From: a virus
Lineage: Duplodnaviria > Caudoviricetes
DNA: 44,284 bases
Virus record (IMG/VR): IMGVR_UViG_3300029290_000003
Coordinates: 1 to 44,284 of that record
Strand: one strand, 5' to 3'
A program made the translations under genes and the position numbers. The notes below the pieces were generated by a model. It searched no databases. It saw only the letters and a program-made list of their open reading frames with translations, and was not told the DNA's origin. Of the stretch, positions 25,278-33,599 are shown piece by piece (the first letter of the stretch is position 1; each line of letters opens with the position of its first letter).

Positions 25278-26959
25278 GCTATCACGACGTCCTCTAAATA
25301 ATCATCAATGTCTAAATTCTTGGCAACTGGATTAAGGCTCATTAAAGCAACTGCGTTAAAGGTGGCAATCAATGGGTCAATCTTCCCCACACCTGATTCT
25401 TGCTTGGTGATTCGCATACCATTACCAACCATCACAACACGGGCATTACCTGCTGCCCAAGTCATTAATTGCTGTCCAGCGTGGTAGAGATTGCCTTCAG
25501 CTAATTTGCGCTCTGTGGTGAGGATGTAAGACATAAGCTTGTACCCTTGCGGCACTGCAAACATACTTTCCTCTGGAATCCCTGCCTCAAGTAAGCCATC
25601 TAAAAGCCCACCTAAGCCCAATGGATCAAGCCCGATCTTGTTTAGCTTTCCACTGTCATAAACTTTCTTAGCAATTGCAGCGAGTTGGTCAATGTCATCG
25701 CCAATGCGGTCAACTACTGTGAGAGAACCTTCAGACTTGAAGTCTTCATATTTGGGTACATTCTCTTTACGACGTTCTAAAGCGATCTTATTTGCCCATG
25801 CATGGTTCCATAGCCACCAGATGCGCGGATCTTCTGATAATCGCCCTAAAGCAGCAAAACCAAGTAAGTCATCAAGACCGCCACCATCAATACCCAAAGT
25901 AATGACATCGGATAACTCAATTAGTTGGTCGATTTGAATGTCTTTAGCTTGAGCATTCCAGTATTCAGCACCTGCCCACCGGTTAGCACGAAGATTCATG
26001 CCGATTTCAACATTTAAACGCTTAGCAAGAAAATCTCTTAAATCGTTTTCTTCAGTGCTGTCTTTTGCTTGATCAAAATCATCCTCAAGCTGTTCAATGT
26101 CTACAGATGTTCCATAGTTTGGATTAGGAATATGGAAGTTTTCTTTTTTTAGATATTCCTCACTCTCAATCATGTGCTTTGGATATTCATAGATCAAAGG
26201 AAGAAACTTTTTGTTCTCCTTAATTCCGTCTCTAATATCTCGGGCATAATCCAGTTTCTGTTTGAATACACCACACGGTACTTCGCTAGATTGAGTGGTC
26301 AGATAGATCACACATCCTTCTGGCCGTGATGCTAAACCACCTGTTGCTTCACGAAACATTGATGCTGCATTTGGGTTCTTTTGAAATAAATGAAGTTCAT
26401 CAATTAATATCCAAGAAGCTTTCTTACCACCAACAGTATTAGCCTCAGCGGCCACAACTTTTAAAGTTGCAGTCGTCACTAGGTGGGTAATTGTTTTAGT
26501 GTGTTCAGAAATATTCATAATTTCTGAAAGTTCTTCATCAGCCTTAATAGCGTCACGAATAGGGTTAAAACTGTTGTCTGCAACTTCTTTGGTTGGTGCA
26601 AGAATAATAAGTTCTGCTGAATGTCGATCATTCAAGATCAAGGCTGTCAGCATGATGAAAGCGGCAAGAGTTGATTTAGAGTTTTTCTTAGGAATTAGCA
26701 AAAAGAACTCACGAATTAGTCTTCTACTCTCTTCTTCACTATAGGCTCCGAAAATAGCAGCCACGAACTCAAAAACCCAAGACCGTGTGATTTCTCCCAT
26801 TGTAGGGCAACCCAACACATCAACAACCTTTAAACTTTTAAAAACCTCTAATGCATCTTCTGCTTCATCCGAGAAAAGCGGTTTACATGGGATAAGGCTT
26901 TCACCTTTTATGATCTTTTGCTCCCAATCAGGGCAACTTGTACTCCATTCATGGGTCAT
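25274..26959 (-). CDS. terL: terminase large subunit
   Basis: IPKKNSKST Walker A, ILIDELH Walker B, GIDGG and KIDPLIA. Confidence 0.95.
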   Translation of the reverse strand: MTHEWSTSCPDWEQKIIKGESLIPCKPLFSDEAEDALEVFKSLKVVDVLGCPTMGEITRSWVFEFVAAIFGAYSEEESRRLIREFFLLIPKKNSKSTLAAFIMLTALILNDRHSAELIILAPTKEVADNSFNPIRDAIKADEELSEIMNISEHTKTITHLVTTATLKVVAAEANTVGGKKASWILIDELHLFQKNPNAASMFREATGGLASRPEGCVIYLTTQSSEVPCGVFKQKLDYARDIRDGIKENKKFLPLIYEYPKHMIESEEYLKKENFHIPNPNYGTSVDIEQLEDDFDQAKDSTEENDLRDFLAKRLNVEIGMNLRANRWAGAEYWNAQAKDIQIDQLIELSDVITLGIDGGGLDDLLGFAALGRLSEDPRIWWLWNHAWANKIALERRKENVPKYEDFKSEGSLTVVDRIGDDIDQLAAIAKKVYDSGKLNKIGLDPLGLGGLLDGLLEAGIPEESMFAVPQGYKLMSYILTTERKLAEGNLYHAGQQLMTWAAGNARVVMVGNGMRITKQESGVGKIDPLIATFNAVALMSLNPVAKNLDIDDYLEDVVIA

Positions 26960-26968
26960 AGATTATTC

Positions 26969-27424
26969 CTAACTCGGTAATTGCCTTCTGGCTCCTCTGG
27001 TTGCATATTTTCCAGTAGAAGCCCCTTCTTTTGCTTTCTCTTGCTTAGTCTCTTTCTTGCCCTTTTCTGCCACTTTGCCGTGGATGTATGGAAGGGCTGC
27101 TTGTGCTGCCCGAACTCTTAAAGCCATGTCTTCAACAGGGTCGCTGTAAACAGACTCTAAAAACTCTAGCGGATCAGCAAGATTTTTAGCTGCTTGAATA
27201 GTTGTATTAGTTGTTAATGGTTTAACGTCATGTTTAACAACTTGTTCAGGAGTGGCTTTCTCAAGCCGTTCAAGGTAAGCAATAACATCAGGATCTTTTG
27301 CTAAGCGGGCACCTGCCGCAGATGCAGTCTTTTCAGGGCATCCAGCTAAAATTGCAGCTTCTTTATTATCCTTGCCTTTTCGTTTTGCGAGGGCAAATGC
27401 CTTCTTTTTTTCTGTTAAAGCCAT
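26969..27424 (-). CDS. terS: terminase small subunit
   Basis: LTEKKKAFA...EAAILAG HTH; upstream of terL. Confidence 0.88.
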   Translation of the reverse strand: MALTEKKKAFALAKRKGKDNKEAAILAGCPEKTASAAGARLAKDPDVIAYLERLEKATPEQVVKHDVKPLTTNTTIQAAKNLADPLEFLESVYSDPVEDMALRVRAAQAALPYIHGKVAEKGKKETKQEKAKEGASTGKYATRGARRQLPS

Positions 27425-27469
27425 ATACCCTCCTTTAACATATTTTTGAAAACTGATTTTTTCTTATAA

Positions 27470-27530
27470 GTGAGTGGGCTGGCGGTGTCCGCAGAATTTT
27501 TTAAAAAAACTTTTTACCTCCCCCCTGGTG
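27470..27530. other. putative cos packaging region
   Basis: non-coding GC-rich core (GTGGGCTGGCGGTGTCC) and C tract in AT-rich DNA between the HNH gene and terS, the usual cos position in HK97-like phages. Confidence 0.4.
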
Positions 27531-27537
27531 CTAGTTC

Positions 27538-27693
27538 TCACATTTGTGGGCAAGTTCTAGCTTTTCCATAAACCATCACTACATTTGATTTTTGACTCTT
27601 ACATCTTTCAATACGCAAGTCTGTTAAGTGTTTATCAAGCATGAAGGCACACGACACAAAAAGAATTAAAACAATTACTATGACCACTTTCAT
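27538..27693 (-). CDS. small membrane protein (51 aa); absent from the ORF track
   Basis: GGAGAG RBS; MKVVIVIVLILFVSCAFMLDKH...RTCPQM*. Confidence 0.6.
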   Translation of the reverse strand: MKVVIVIVLILFVSCAFMLDKHLTDLRIERCKSQKSNVVMVYGKARTCPQM

Positions 27694-27728
27694 TGTCTAC
27701 TCTCCTTCAATGTCTTCTCTTCAGTACT

Positions 27729-27911
27729 TTAGAAAAGCTTGCACTCTGCTTCTATCTCTTCTGGCTCTGCATGTCTGACTTTACTTAGGTCTGCGTAATC
27801 TCCAGATGTAAAGTAAACTTTTCCATCTTCTACCTTTTCGACAGTCATAAGATCAACCCAAGCACCCTGTAATGCAACCACATCACCTTTAGCAATCTCA
27901 TTAGTAATCAT
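27729..27911 (-). CDS. small SH3/KOW-like hypothetical protein
   Basis: IAKGDVVAL...MTVEKV; overlaps the HNH stop. Confidence 0.65.
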   Translation of the reverse strand: MITNEIAKGDVVALQGAWVDLMTVEKVEDGKVYFTSGDYADLSKVRHAEPEEIEAECKLF

Positions 27912-28186
27912 AGTCTGCTCTCCAACTGTGTTTTCTTCTTATGACATTCTACACAAAGGCTCTGTAGGTTTGATTCATCATCATTGCCACCCTGAGCAAT
28001 ATTAACGATGTGATCTAACTCAAGGTCCATGGTGACTACACCACAGTACTGGCATGTGTACTTATCTCTTAGGTGTATCTTTGCTTTGAGTCTTCGCCAT
28101 GGTCGACCACCACGACCTGAACCCCAATTGTTCTTACTTGAGGCACGCTGTGTCTGTAGTCTCGGCTTGAGTGTTTGTAGTTTCAT
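27908..28186 (-). CDS. HNH endonuclease (packaging-associated, HK97 gp74-like)
   Basis: RDKYTCQYCG...DHI...GG....NLQSLC..CH..KT. Confidence 0.93.
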   Translation of the reverse strand: MKLQTLKPRLQTQRASSKNNWGSGRGGRPWRRLKAKIHLRDKYTCQYCGVVTMDLELDHIVNIAQGGNDDESNLQSLCVECHKKKTQLESRL

Positions 28187-28367
28187 TTGGATTCTCAAAG
28201 TCTGGTGTCAATCGGATTAGAACTTCTGCTACTTGGTTAACACCTACTGTAGTCTCAACAAAGCTAACACCAGCTAAGTAACTTCCATCACTTAACTTTA
28301 CCTTTGTTCCTTTTGCAGACTTACCACCTGCATATTCAATATTCGCAACACTTAATTGCTTAGCCAT
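28134..28367 (-). CDS. hypothetical protein
   Basis: GAGG RBS; co-oriented. Confidence 0.7.
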   Translation of the reverse strand: MAKQLSVANIEYAGGKSAKGTKVKLSDGSYLAGVSFVETTVGVNQVAEVLIRLTPDFENPNETTNTQAETTDTACLK

Positions 28368-28375
28368 TCTTCACC

Positions 28376-28606
28376 TCAATCCAACGTCTTATTGTGATAT
28401 ACAACTTGTGACTCTTGTTCACTAAGCTGCATTAGCAACTCATTGTTCTGTTCCAATGCCGCCAGTATCACTTGATCCTTCTGTGCTACCTGCTGAATCA
28501 GTATTGTGTTCTGCTCCACTATCTGTGACAACAATTGAAGTATTTCTTTGTTTTCGCAACTGCAATCTTTCTTTGAACAGTTCGTATTGTTGTTTGATCC
28601 ACTCAC
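28376..28606 (-). CDS. coiled-coil hypothetical protein (GTG start)
   Basis: GAGG RBS before the GTG; Q/L-rich heptads. Confidence 0.6.
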   Translation of the reverse strand: MSGSNNNTNCSKKDCSCENKEILQLLSQIVEQNTILIQQVAQKDQVILAALEQNNELLMQLSEQESQVVYHNKTLD

Positions 28607-28634
28607 GACGTTCCTCACATCCTTTACAGGCCAT
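28440..28634 (-). CDS. small CxxC protein overlapping 28376..28606 in another frame
   Basis: MACKGCEERREW; ATG directly after a terminator. Confidence 0.5.
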   Translation of the reverse strand: MACKGCEERREWIKQQYELFKERLQLRKQRNTSIVVTDSGAEHNTDSAGSTEGSSDTGGIGTEQ

Positions 28635-28673
28635 AACGACACCCATTAAAAAACCCTCCGAAGAGGGCTTATT

Positions 28674-28880
28674 TTATTCTTCAAATGTTTCTGACCTTCC
28701 ACCAGTTATACTTTCAGGCTTCTGGCGAACATGAAAAAGGTACTTAAGATTCGCTTCACAACCACGCTTGAACTTGAATACCACTACTTGTTGATTGATA
28801 AACTCGTACTCAACTAGACCATATTTTTCTTTATTTTCATCCAAGAAGGATTTATATGTTTCTAGTGTTGGCTTTTCCAT
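28674..28880 (-). CDS. hypothetical protein
   Basis: ORF followed by a terminator at about 28648-28670. Confidence 0.65.
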   Translation of the reverse strand: MEKPTLETYKSFLDENKEKYGLVEYEFINQQVVVFKFKRGCEANLKYLFHVRQKPESITGGRSETFEE

Positions 28881-28931
28881 TTTTTATACTCAATGATTAT
28901 TTAAGCTGTTCTTATATCAAGTAATGTCTGA

Positions 28932-29402
28932 TTATTGCAAATCATCTGGAGACTTAAGAAAAACACCTAACTCTTTAGTCGCATATGCTTGGATTAATCC
29001 CATGTATTCAGAGAACTGCTTTGTGCTTAATCTTGTTGTAGACGTTTCTCTAATTACACCATTGGCCACTGCTGCATATTGTTCTGACTCTGATTGCTTG
29101 AGCATTGTGATTGCATGGCACATCTCGGCATATTCTTCATCATCACGCCTTAAGATGTGAATTAAAAACTTCTTTTTAAACTCAAAATGACAATCTTCTT
29201 TGTCCTGCCCTGTCTTATTCTGGATTTCCTGCATCCAATCCCAATACAAAGCATTTTGATTTAATGAACGCTTGGTGCTTTGAGGCTTGATGGTAACAAC
29301 TAAAGGCTTACCTTCAATTGCAGCTTCTGCATGGTTCTTATTTAGGTAATTTGTCACATAGTTGATGTCAGAATGGTTTTTGATGACGAATCTCGGTTCC
29401 AT
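28932..29402 (-). CDS. NinB-like recombination protein
   Basis: KRSLNQNALYW...STTRLSTKQFSEYM...GV.L. Confidence 0.85.
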   Translation of the reverse strand: MEPRFVIKNHSDINYVTNYLNKNHAEAAIEGKPLVVTIKPQSTKRSLNQNALYWDWMQEIQNKTGQDKEDCHFEFKKKFLIHILRRDDEEYAEMCHAITMLKQSESEQYAAVANGVIRETSTTRLSTKQFSEYMGLIQAYATKELGVFLKSPDDLQ

Positions 29403-29412
29403 TTTGACCTCG

Positions 29413-29435
29413 CAAAAAAACCACCCGAGGGTGGC
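29413..29435 (-). terminator. terminator after acb2
   Basis: GCCACC-CTCG-GGTGGT plus U tract. Confidence 0.75.
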
Positions 29436-29762
29436 TTAACAACCTGTTGGTTGCGCAACAGCACGAACTAGGGCCATGATGCCTGTCTGAATGTCAGTTT
29501 TCCCAATTGCTGCCCAGCGTAATGGCTCAGCTACTTTGAAGCGTTCATATTCTTGCCATTCAACACTTGCAAAGTCATTTGGAGCTAACTGGGCGCGTTT
29601 AGCTGCTGCTTGTTTAACTTCTAAATCTGTGTTTAAGCGGTTTGCTAATTCAGCCTGAAGTTCAAGTAATTCCGCACCTTTTTCTTTGATGCGATTCATT
29701 AGGTCAACTTCTTCTTGAGAAAGTTCACGATAGCCTTTGATTTTACGATGTTGGTTTTCCAT
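29436..29762 (-). CDS. acb2: anti-CBASS protein Acb2 (cyclic-nucleotide sponge)
   Basis: MENQHRKIKGYRELSQEEVDLMNRIKE...AEPLRWAAIGKTDIQTGIMALVRAVAQP matches the PaMx41 Acb2 signature as recalled (NQHKKIKGYRDLSQEEI...RWLAIGKTDIQTG). Confidence 0.92.
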   Translation of the reverse strand: MENQHRKIKGYRELSQEEVDLMNRIKEKGAELLELQAELANRLNTDLEVKQAAAKRAQLAPNDFASVEWQEYERFKVAEPLRWAAIGKTDIQTGIMALVRAVAQPTGC

Positions 29763-29774
29763 TTTAATTCTCAC

Positions 29775-29802
29775 AAAAAAAGCCCATCATTTCTGACAGG
29801 CT
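29775..29802 (-). terminator. intrinsic terminator immediately upstream of acb2
   Basis: AGCCTGTCA-GAAA-TGATGGGCT plus U6. Confidence 0.75.
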
Positions 29803-29879
29803 CTGCATTTCAGGACTTAAGACTTATCTATCCATAATTACAGGTAGATGCCTTTCACATTAGTCTCGAGATGTGGTGT

Positions 29880-30107
29880 TTAACCACGATAATCATCATT
29901 TCCGTAGTTTTCAAGCTTTATTAAATCTTCATGTGTATCTGAAAGTAAAAGCTTAAATGATTTAGCCAATTCAACCAGATCAGCAGCACGCGCACCGACT
30001 TCTGGAATATTAGTGTGATTAATAATGCACTGGTTTTCAGCAATAACCTTTTCTGCGAACTCGAATGCTCGTTCAATCATTTTAGCCTTTGTTGCTTTAG
30101 TTCCCAT
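29880..30107 (-). CDS. hypothetical protein
   Basis: start overlaps the upstream stop (TGATG). Confidence 0.65.
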   Translation of the reverse strand: MGTKATKAKMIERAFEFAEKVIAENQCIINHTNIPEVGARAADLVELAKSFKLLLSDTHEDLIKLENYGNDDYRG

Positions 30108-30385
30108 CAGAAAACCTCTTCATTGTTAATTAAATTAAGCATCCGCTCTGTTTTTTCTAACCAACCATCAAATAGAGCTTCTGATTCTTGTCTTGTGCCT
30201 AGTTGATATGTGTCGAATAGGAAATGGCACTTATGGCAGAGAGGCACTGTAAACGCATCTGAGGCCTTAATTCCTTTACCCTTGCCATGCTTGCCTGAAT
30301 TAGAATGAGCTGCTTGTGAGTGAGGATAGCCGCATCTAACGCAGGGTAGCGCTCTTATTTCGTTTAGCCTCTTTGTCGAACGCAT
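30107..30385 (-). CDS. DUF968/DUF1364-like Zn-binding HNH-type protein
   Basis: LPCVRCG....AAH...KG.GIKASD.FTVPLCHKCH. Confidence 0.85.
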   Translation of the reverse strand: MRSTKRLNEIRALPCVRCGYPHSQAAHSNSGKHGKGKGIKASDAFTVPLCHKCHFLFDTYQLGTRQESEALFDGWLEKTERMLNLINNEEVF

Positions 30386-30539
30386 TTTCTAGATTCTCTA
30401 TTCTGGTTCTGAGAGTATTTACTTCACGCTGACATTCAGTCTTAAACGTATGGCTGCTGAATAAATGGTTATAGCTTTCTAACCGACTAAGATTACGTTT
30501 ATAGATTTCTAAATTCTTCTTCGCTTCGATTGTGTCCAT
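30336..30539 (-). CDS. hypothetical coiled-coil protein
   Basis: GAGG RBS, MDTIEAKK start. Confidence 0.7.
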   Translation of the reverse strand: MDTIEAKKNLEIYKRNLSRLESYNHLFSSHTFKTECQREVNTLRTRIENLENAFDKEAKRNKSATLR

Positions 30540-30715
30540 TAAGCACCTCATAAATTAGCCTCAACACTAAGTTCTAACAGGCTCTATTTGTGTTCTTTTC
30601 CCACAGAAATTAAGCTCATGCCCTGTTGGTCTTTACTGCTGTTGATTAGATGGATATGAGCCATCTATTTTGATTGGCACTATTCTCCAAAAAAGAAAAC
30701 CCCGCAAATGCAGGG

Positions 30716-30829
30716 CTACAAACACTTTATCTTTCCACACTTTCTGCATTCTTTGATTGGGTCGTCGTTGTAATCCGATCCATATTCCCAAACATGTATG
30801 CAAAAGACCTGCTTAATTATCCGGAGCAT
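30716..30829 (-). CDS. 37-aa Zn-finger-like protein; absent from the ORF track
   Basis: GGAGG RBS; MLRIIKQVFCIHVWEY...ECRKCGKIKCL*. Confidence 0.7.
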   Translation of the reverse strand: MLRIIKQVFCIHVWEYGSDYNDDPIKECRKCGKIKCL

Positions 30830-30846
30830 GTGAACCTCCAAAAAGC

Positions 30847-30872
30847 AAAAAGCCCACGATTAAGTGAGCTTT
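30847..30872 (-). terminator. tR'-like terminator downstream of the Q gene
   Basis: AAGCTCAC-TTAATC-GTGGGCTT plus U tract. Confidence 0.7.
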
Positions 30873-30954
30873 GATGTGTTGGTCTTCGGAAATCCGTAAT
30901 ACGACCAGTATATGAATACTATATCTCCATCAGAGAAATATTCCTAGAATTTTT

Positions 30955-31506
30955 TTACATTTCTTTGTAAGTATTTTTCTTGTACTTTTCGATTGCCTTT
31001 GCAGCTCCATCAATTGCTGACTCGATAGCAAGGCACATCAGTTTTTCATACTGCTTCCAAGTGCCATCATAAGCTTTCAAAGTCATCTCGGATTCTTTAA
31101 TACCTGCAGCTAATTGCAATCTACCTTTAGCTGTAAAGTTATCCTCCATACCCGGCTTGAGTGCAAACATGGTTACCATCCAAGCAACCTTTCTTGCTAG
31201 ATCCTCTAACTTAATATTCTTTGGCTTAGAGCGCTTATCATCATGCGCCCCAACAATCATAATGCTAGCTAGATGCTTCAATATATAATCAAAGTCACCT
31301 TTACTTTTTTCGCCAAAGATAATTACTGACGCAACTGCTTTTTCGAGTTGGGTATCCATTGAAGCAATAGCACCCAAGCGGTCTTGATAGTTCAATGGTT
31401 TCTCTCCTGTTCCGCGGACCACTGGCTCAATACTTGGTGAACTCGCAGTTAAACCATGAGTCAACCATTCAAAACGTTCAAACTTCTCAACTGCTACTGC
31501 ATTCAT
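30955..31506 (-). CDS. probable late antiterminator (Q-like)
   Basis: size and position at the end of the replication/nin operon, before a leader and terminator. Confidence 0.6.
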   Translation of the reverse strand: MNAVAVEKFERFEWLTHGLTASSPSIEPVVRGTGEKPLNYQDRLGAIASMDTQLEKAVASVIIFGEKSKGDFDYILKHLASIMIVGAHDDKRSKPKNIKLEDLARKVAWMVTMFALKPGMEDNFTAKGRLQLAAGIKESEMTLKAYDGTWKQYEKLMCLAIESAIDGAAKAIEKYKKNTYKEM

Positions 31507-31516
31507 TCGACTACCC

Positions 31517-31921
31517 TCAAACTTCTGTAATTTCTATGCCATGCACCGACATCATTAAGTGCTTCTTGATGCGATACTCTGGAAGTGATCTAGTTGTTTT
31601 ACTCTTCACATCCTCAACGATGTAAATGCCATTCTGTGTGTAGACAAAGTCTGCGAAATATCTAAGTGCTGGCTTCTTTCTTTCCTCATTAGCGAATCTC
31701 ACGCCCTCAGCCAGAACAAAAGCTACCTGACACTTCAACTGCTCAATCAAGCCATCCTTTTCCATCAACTTAAGCACTTTGTACCTTTGGGCCTCTTTCT
31801 TACTGTCAAACTTCAACCCATCTAATTCGATACGATGGTTTTGATACTTTCCTTTTGAAGCTCGATGTCCCCACCGAGCATATTTTGAGTTGGCACGTTG
31901 AGCCTCTTTGAATGTGGTCAT
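31517..31921 (-). CDS. DUF1064 PD-(D/E)XK nuclease
   Basis: DGLKFDSKKEAQRY...YFADFVY...VEDVK. Confidence 0.9.
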   Translation of the reverse strand: MTTFKEAQRANSKYARWGHRASKGKYQNHRIELDGLKFDSKKEAQRYKVLKLMEKDGLIEQLKCQVAFVLAEGVRFANEERKKPALRYFADFVYTQNGIYIVEDVKSKTTRSLPEYRIKKHLMMSVHGIEITEV

Positions 31922-32229
31922 TGGTCACGCTCCCAAAACTTAGGTTGCCCAAGTCTTTTCCATTCTTCGTAGTGAGCTGGGCAGACATGTACATCATCAA
32001 CAAAGTTGCCTTCCTCGTCTTTCATTGGCACTTGCTCTGCTAGCTTGTATGCATGAACATTGCAAAGCACGCCATCACAAGTCTTTCCATTAACTGGATA
32101 ATCGCAAAGCCAACTGCCTTCCTTCAGAATTGTCTCTGAGCAAACATTGCAGCAATAAGGAGCAATCCACTTTGGCGACAAGGTAGTCCAAACATAGTGA
32201 TTTCTTTGGTCTAGGTAAGTTATTGGCAT
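31918..32229 (-). CDS. Cys-rich Zn-binding hypothetical protein
   Basis: CNVC...LCDYP...TCD..LC..H...CPAH. Confidence 0.7.
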   Translation of the reverse strand: MPITYLDQRNHYVWTTLSPKWIAPYCCNVCSETILKEGSWLCDYPVNGKTCDGVLCNVHAYKLAEQVPMKDEEGNFVDDVHVCPAHYEEWKRLGQPKFWERDQ

Positions 32230-32810
32230 CCTTCCCCCTTGAGCGCTTGCTCTTCCAACTCACCTCTAATTGCCTGCTCCGCTAGATCTAAAGCTGACAA
32301 CATGCCGTCGTAGTAAGGATTACGATCTTTCTCATAATCGCTTTCTGCTTTTGAATAGAGCTTTTCAATTTGTTCTAAGGCGCTGTTAATTTGCTTTTTG
32401 CGATGAATTGCCAGACTTCTATGTCCTTTACGACTTTGCTCATAGAACTCGCAATGTCTTGTTTTGATCTGCAATTTTCGTTCAAGGTCTTCCACCCGCT
32501 TTTGCAGCTCCTCTGATCGTCTAGTCAACTTCTGCTTTATGCTTAAGTTCTGTTGATGTCGTAGCTCATGCCCTTGAATCAAACTTTTGAGATTCGAAAT
32601 TTCTTGGGCTTGCTCCTCCACTTTCGCTTGCTGTTCTTGGAACATGCTCCATGCTGCATTAAGGGCAATCACATCATTGTGATAGGCTGGATTAATTGAG
32701 TAATAAATCTCTGCCTTTTCATCAAAATCAATTTGCCATGATTTGCACAAATCATAGGTTTTGGTCTGCTCAAACTGCTCTTGCAATGCTTTCTTATCCA
32801 TCTCAAACAT
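32220..32810 (-). CDS. coiled-coil hypothetical protein
   Basis: coupled ORF in the operon. Confidence 0.7.
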   Translation of the reverse strand: MFEMDKKALQEQFEQTKTYDLCKSWQIDFDEKAEIYYSINPAYHNDVIALNAAWSMFQEQQAKVEEQAQEISNLKSLIQGHELRHQQNLSIKQKLTRRSEELQKRVEDLERKLQIKTRHCEFYEQSRKGHRSLAIHRKKQINSALEQIEKLYSKAESDYEKDRNPYYDGMLSALDLAEQAIRGELEEQALKGEGCQ

Positions 32811-33054
32811 CCTTTGATTTACACAGCGGGCTGATGTGGTTTTCTATGTGGGAGTCGTCGCCCATATCGTTGTCAATGCGGTGGCCTGCTGCGATTTCTT
32901 TCTCGCAAGCATGCTTTGTGTTTCTTTTTGAAATGACCGTTTTAAAATCTCTTTCTAGGCTTTTTACAATCAAGCCATCTGAACCCTGCAATGCTTCTAC
33001 AGTAAATTTTTCACCATTCCACATCGCACTATCCCCGACTTTAAACTCACTCAT
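32803..33054 (-). CDS. hypothetical protein (FKVGD SH3-like)
   Basis: AAGGAG RBS, MSEFKVGD start. Confidence 0.7.
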   Translation of the reverse strand: MSEFKVGDSAMWNGEKFTVEALQGSDGLIVKSLERDFKTVISKRNTKHACEKEIAAGHRIDNDMGDDSHIENHISPLCKSKDV

Positions 33055-33196
33055 GGCTGGCTCCTTTAAACATCGACCACACAAACGCTATATATCCAAT
33101 CACGCAAACAACACCGATAAACGTTGTCTTAAAGCCCGCATAAAGAACTGCACTGGCGATAAGAAGTACTGCAACTTCCTGTTGAAATTTACTCAT
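33047..33196 (-). CDS. small 2-TM membrane protein
   Basis: GGAGG RBS, MSKFQQEV start, hydrophobic. Confidence 0.65.
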   Translation of the reverse strand: MSKFQQEVAVLLIASAVLYAGFKTTFIGVVCVIGYIAFVWSMFKGASHE

Positions 33197-33599
33197 CCCC
33201 GCCTCCGTATATTGATTCGTGGACAGCAATTGCTTCCTTGATTTGATCAATGGTGAAAGTTCTTAAATTCTCGTAATAATGTTTGTTGTTTTCGTAGAAA
33301 TAACCTTCATGCATCGTGTCATAGCCAATTGCATCAGCAGGTGCGTTAGTTACAACCGATCGTGTATATTCAACAGGTCCAATCGCCATCACAATGCCCA
33401 AAGACTCCACCAGACGTTTGAGGTCATAAATACAGATATCCCACCAAGCTTTTTCTTGCCCCATACATAAGCCAGCATCGAAACAACAGTCAGCAGCAGG
33501 ATCAAAACTCTTAAATGCAAATTGGTCTTTCTCAAAATCTTCAATTAAGGTTTTGACGTTCTCGACCCCGTACTCACGAATAAACTGTTCTGGTTTCAT
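33189..33599 (-). CDS. hypothetical protein
   Basis: AAGGAGG RBS; coupled. Confidence 0.75.
   Translation of the reverse strand: MKPEQFIREYGVENVKTLIEDFEKDQFAFKSFDPAADCCFDAGLCMGQEKAWWDICIYDLKRLVESLGIVMAIGPVEYTRSVVTNAPADAIGYDTMHEGYFYENNKHYYENLRTFTIDQIKEAIAVHESIYGGGDE

Noticed and set aside
29795-29875. Pistol ribozyme or known c-di-GMP riboswitch call for the acb2 leader
   Set aside because: Topology is loosely pistol-like, but the conserved GCG and GU cleavage site are absent, and GEMM / c-di-GMP-II consensus elements were not seen
32696-33241. 181-aa + strand ORF
   Set aside because: Antisense to four translationally coupled minus-strand genes
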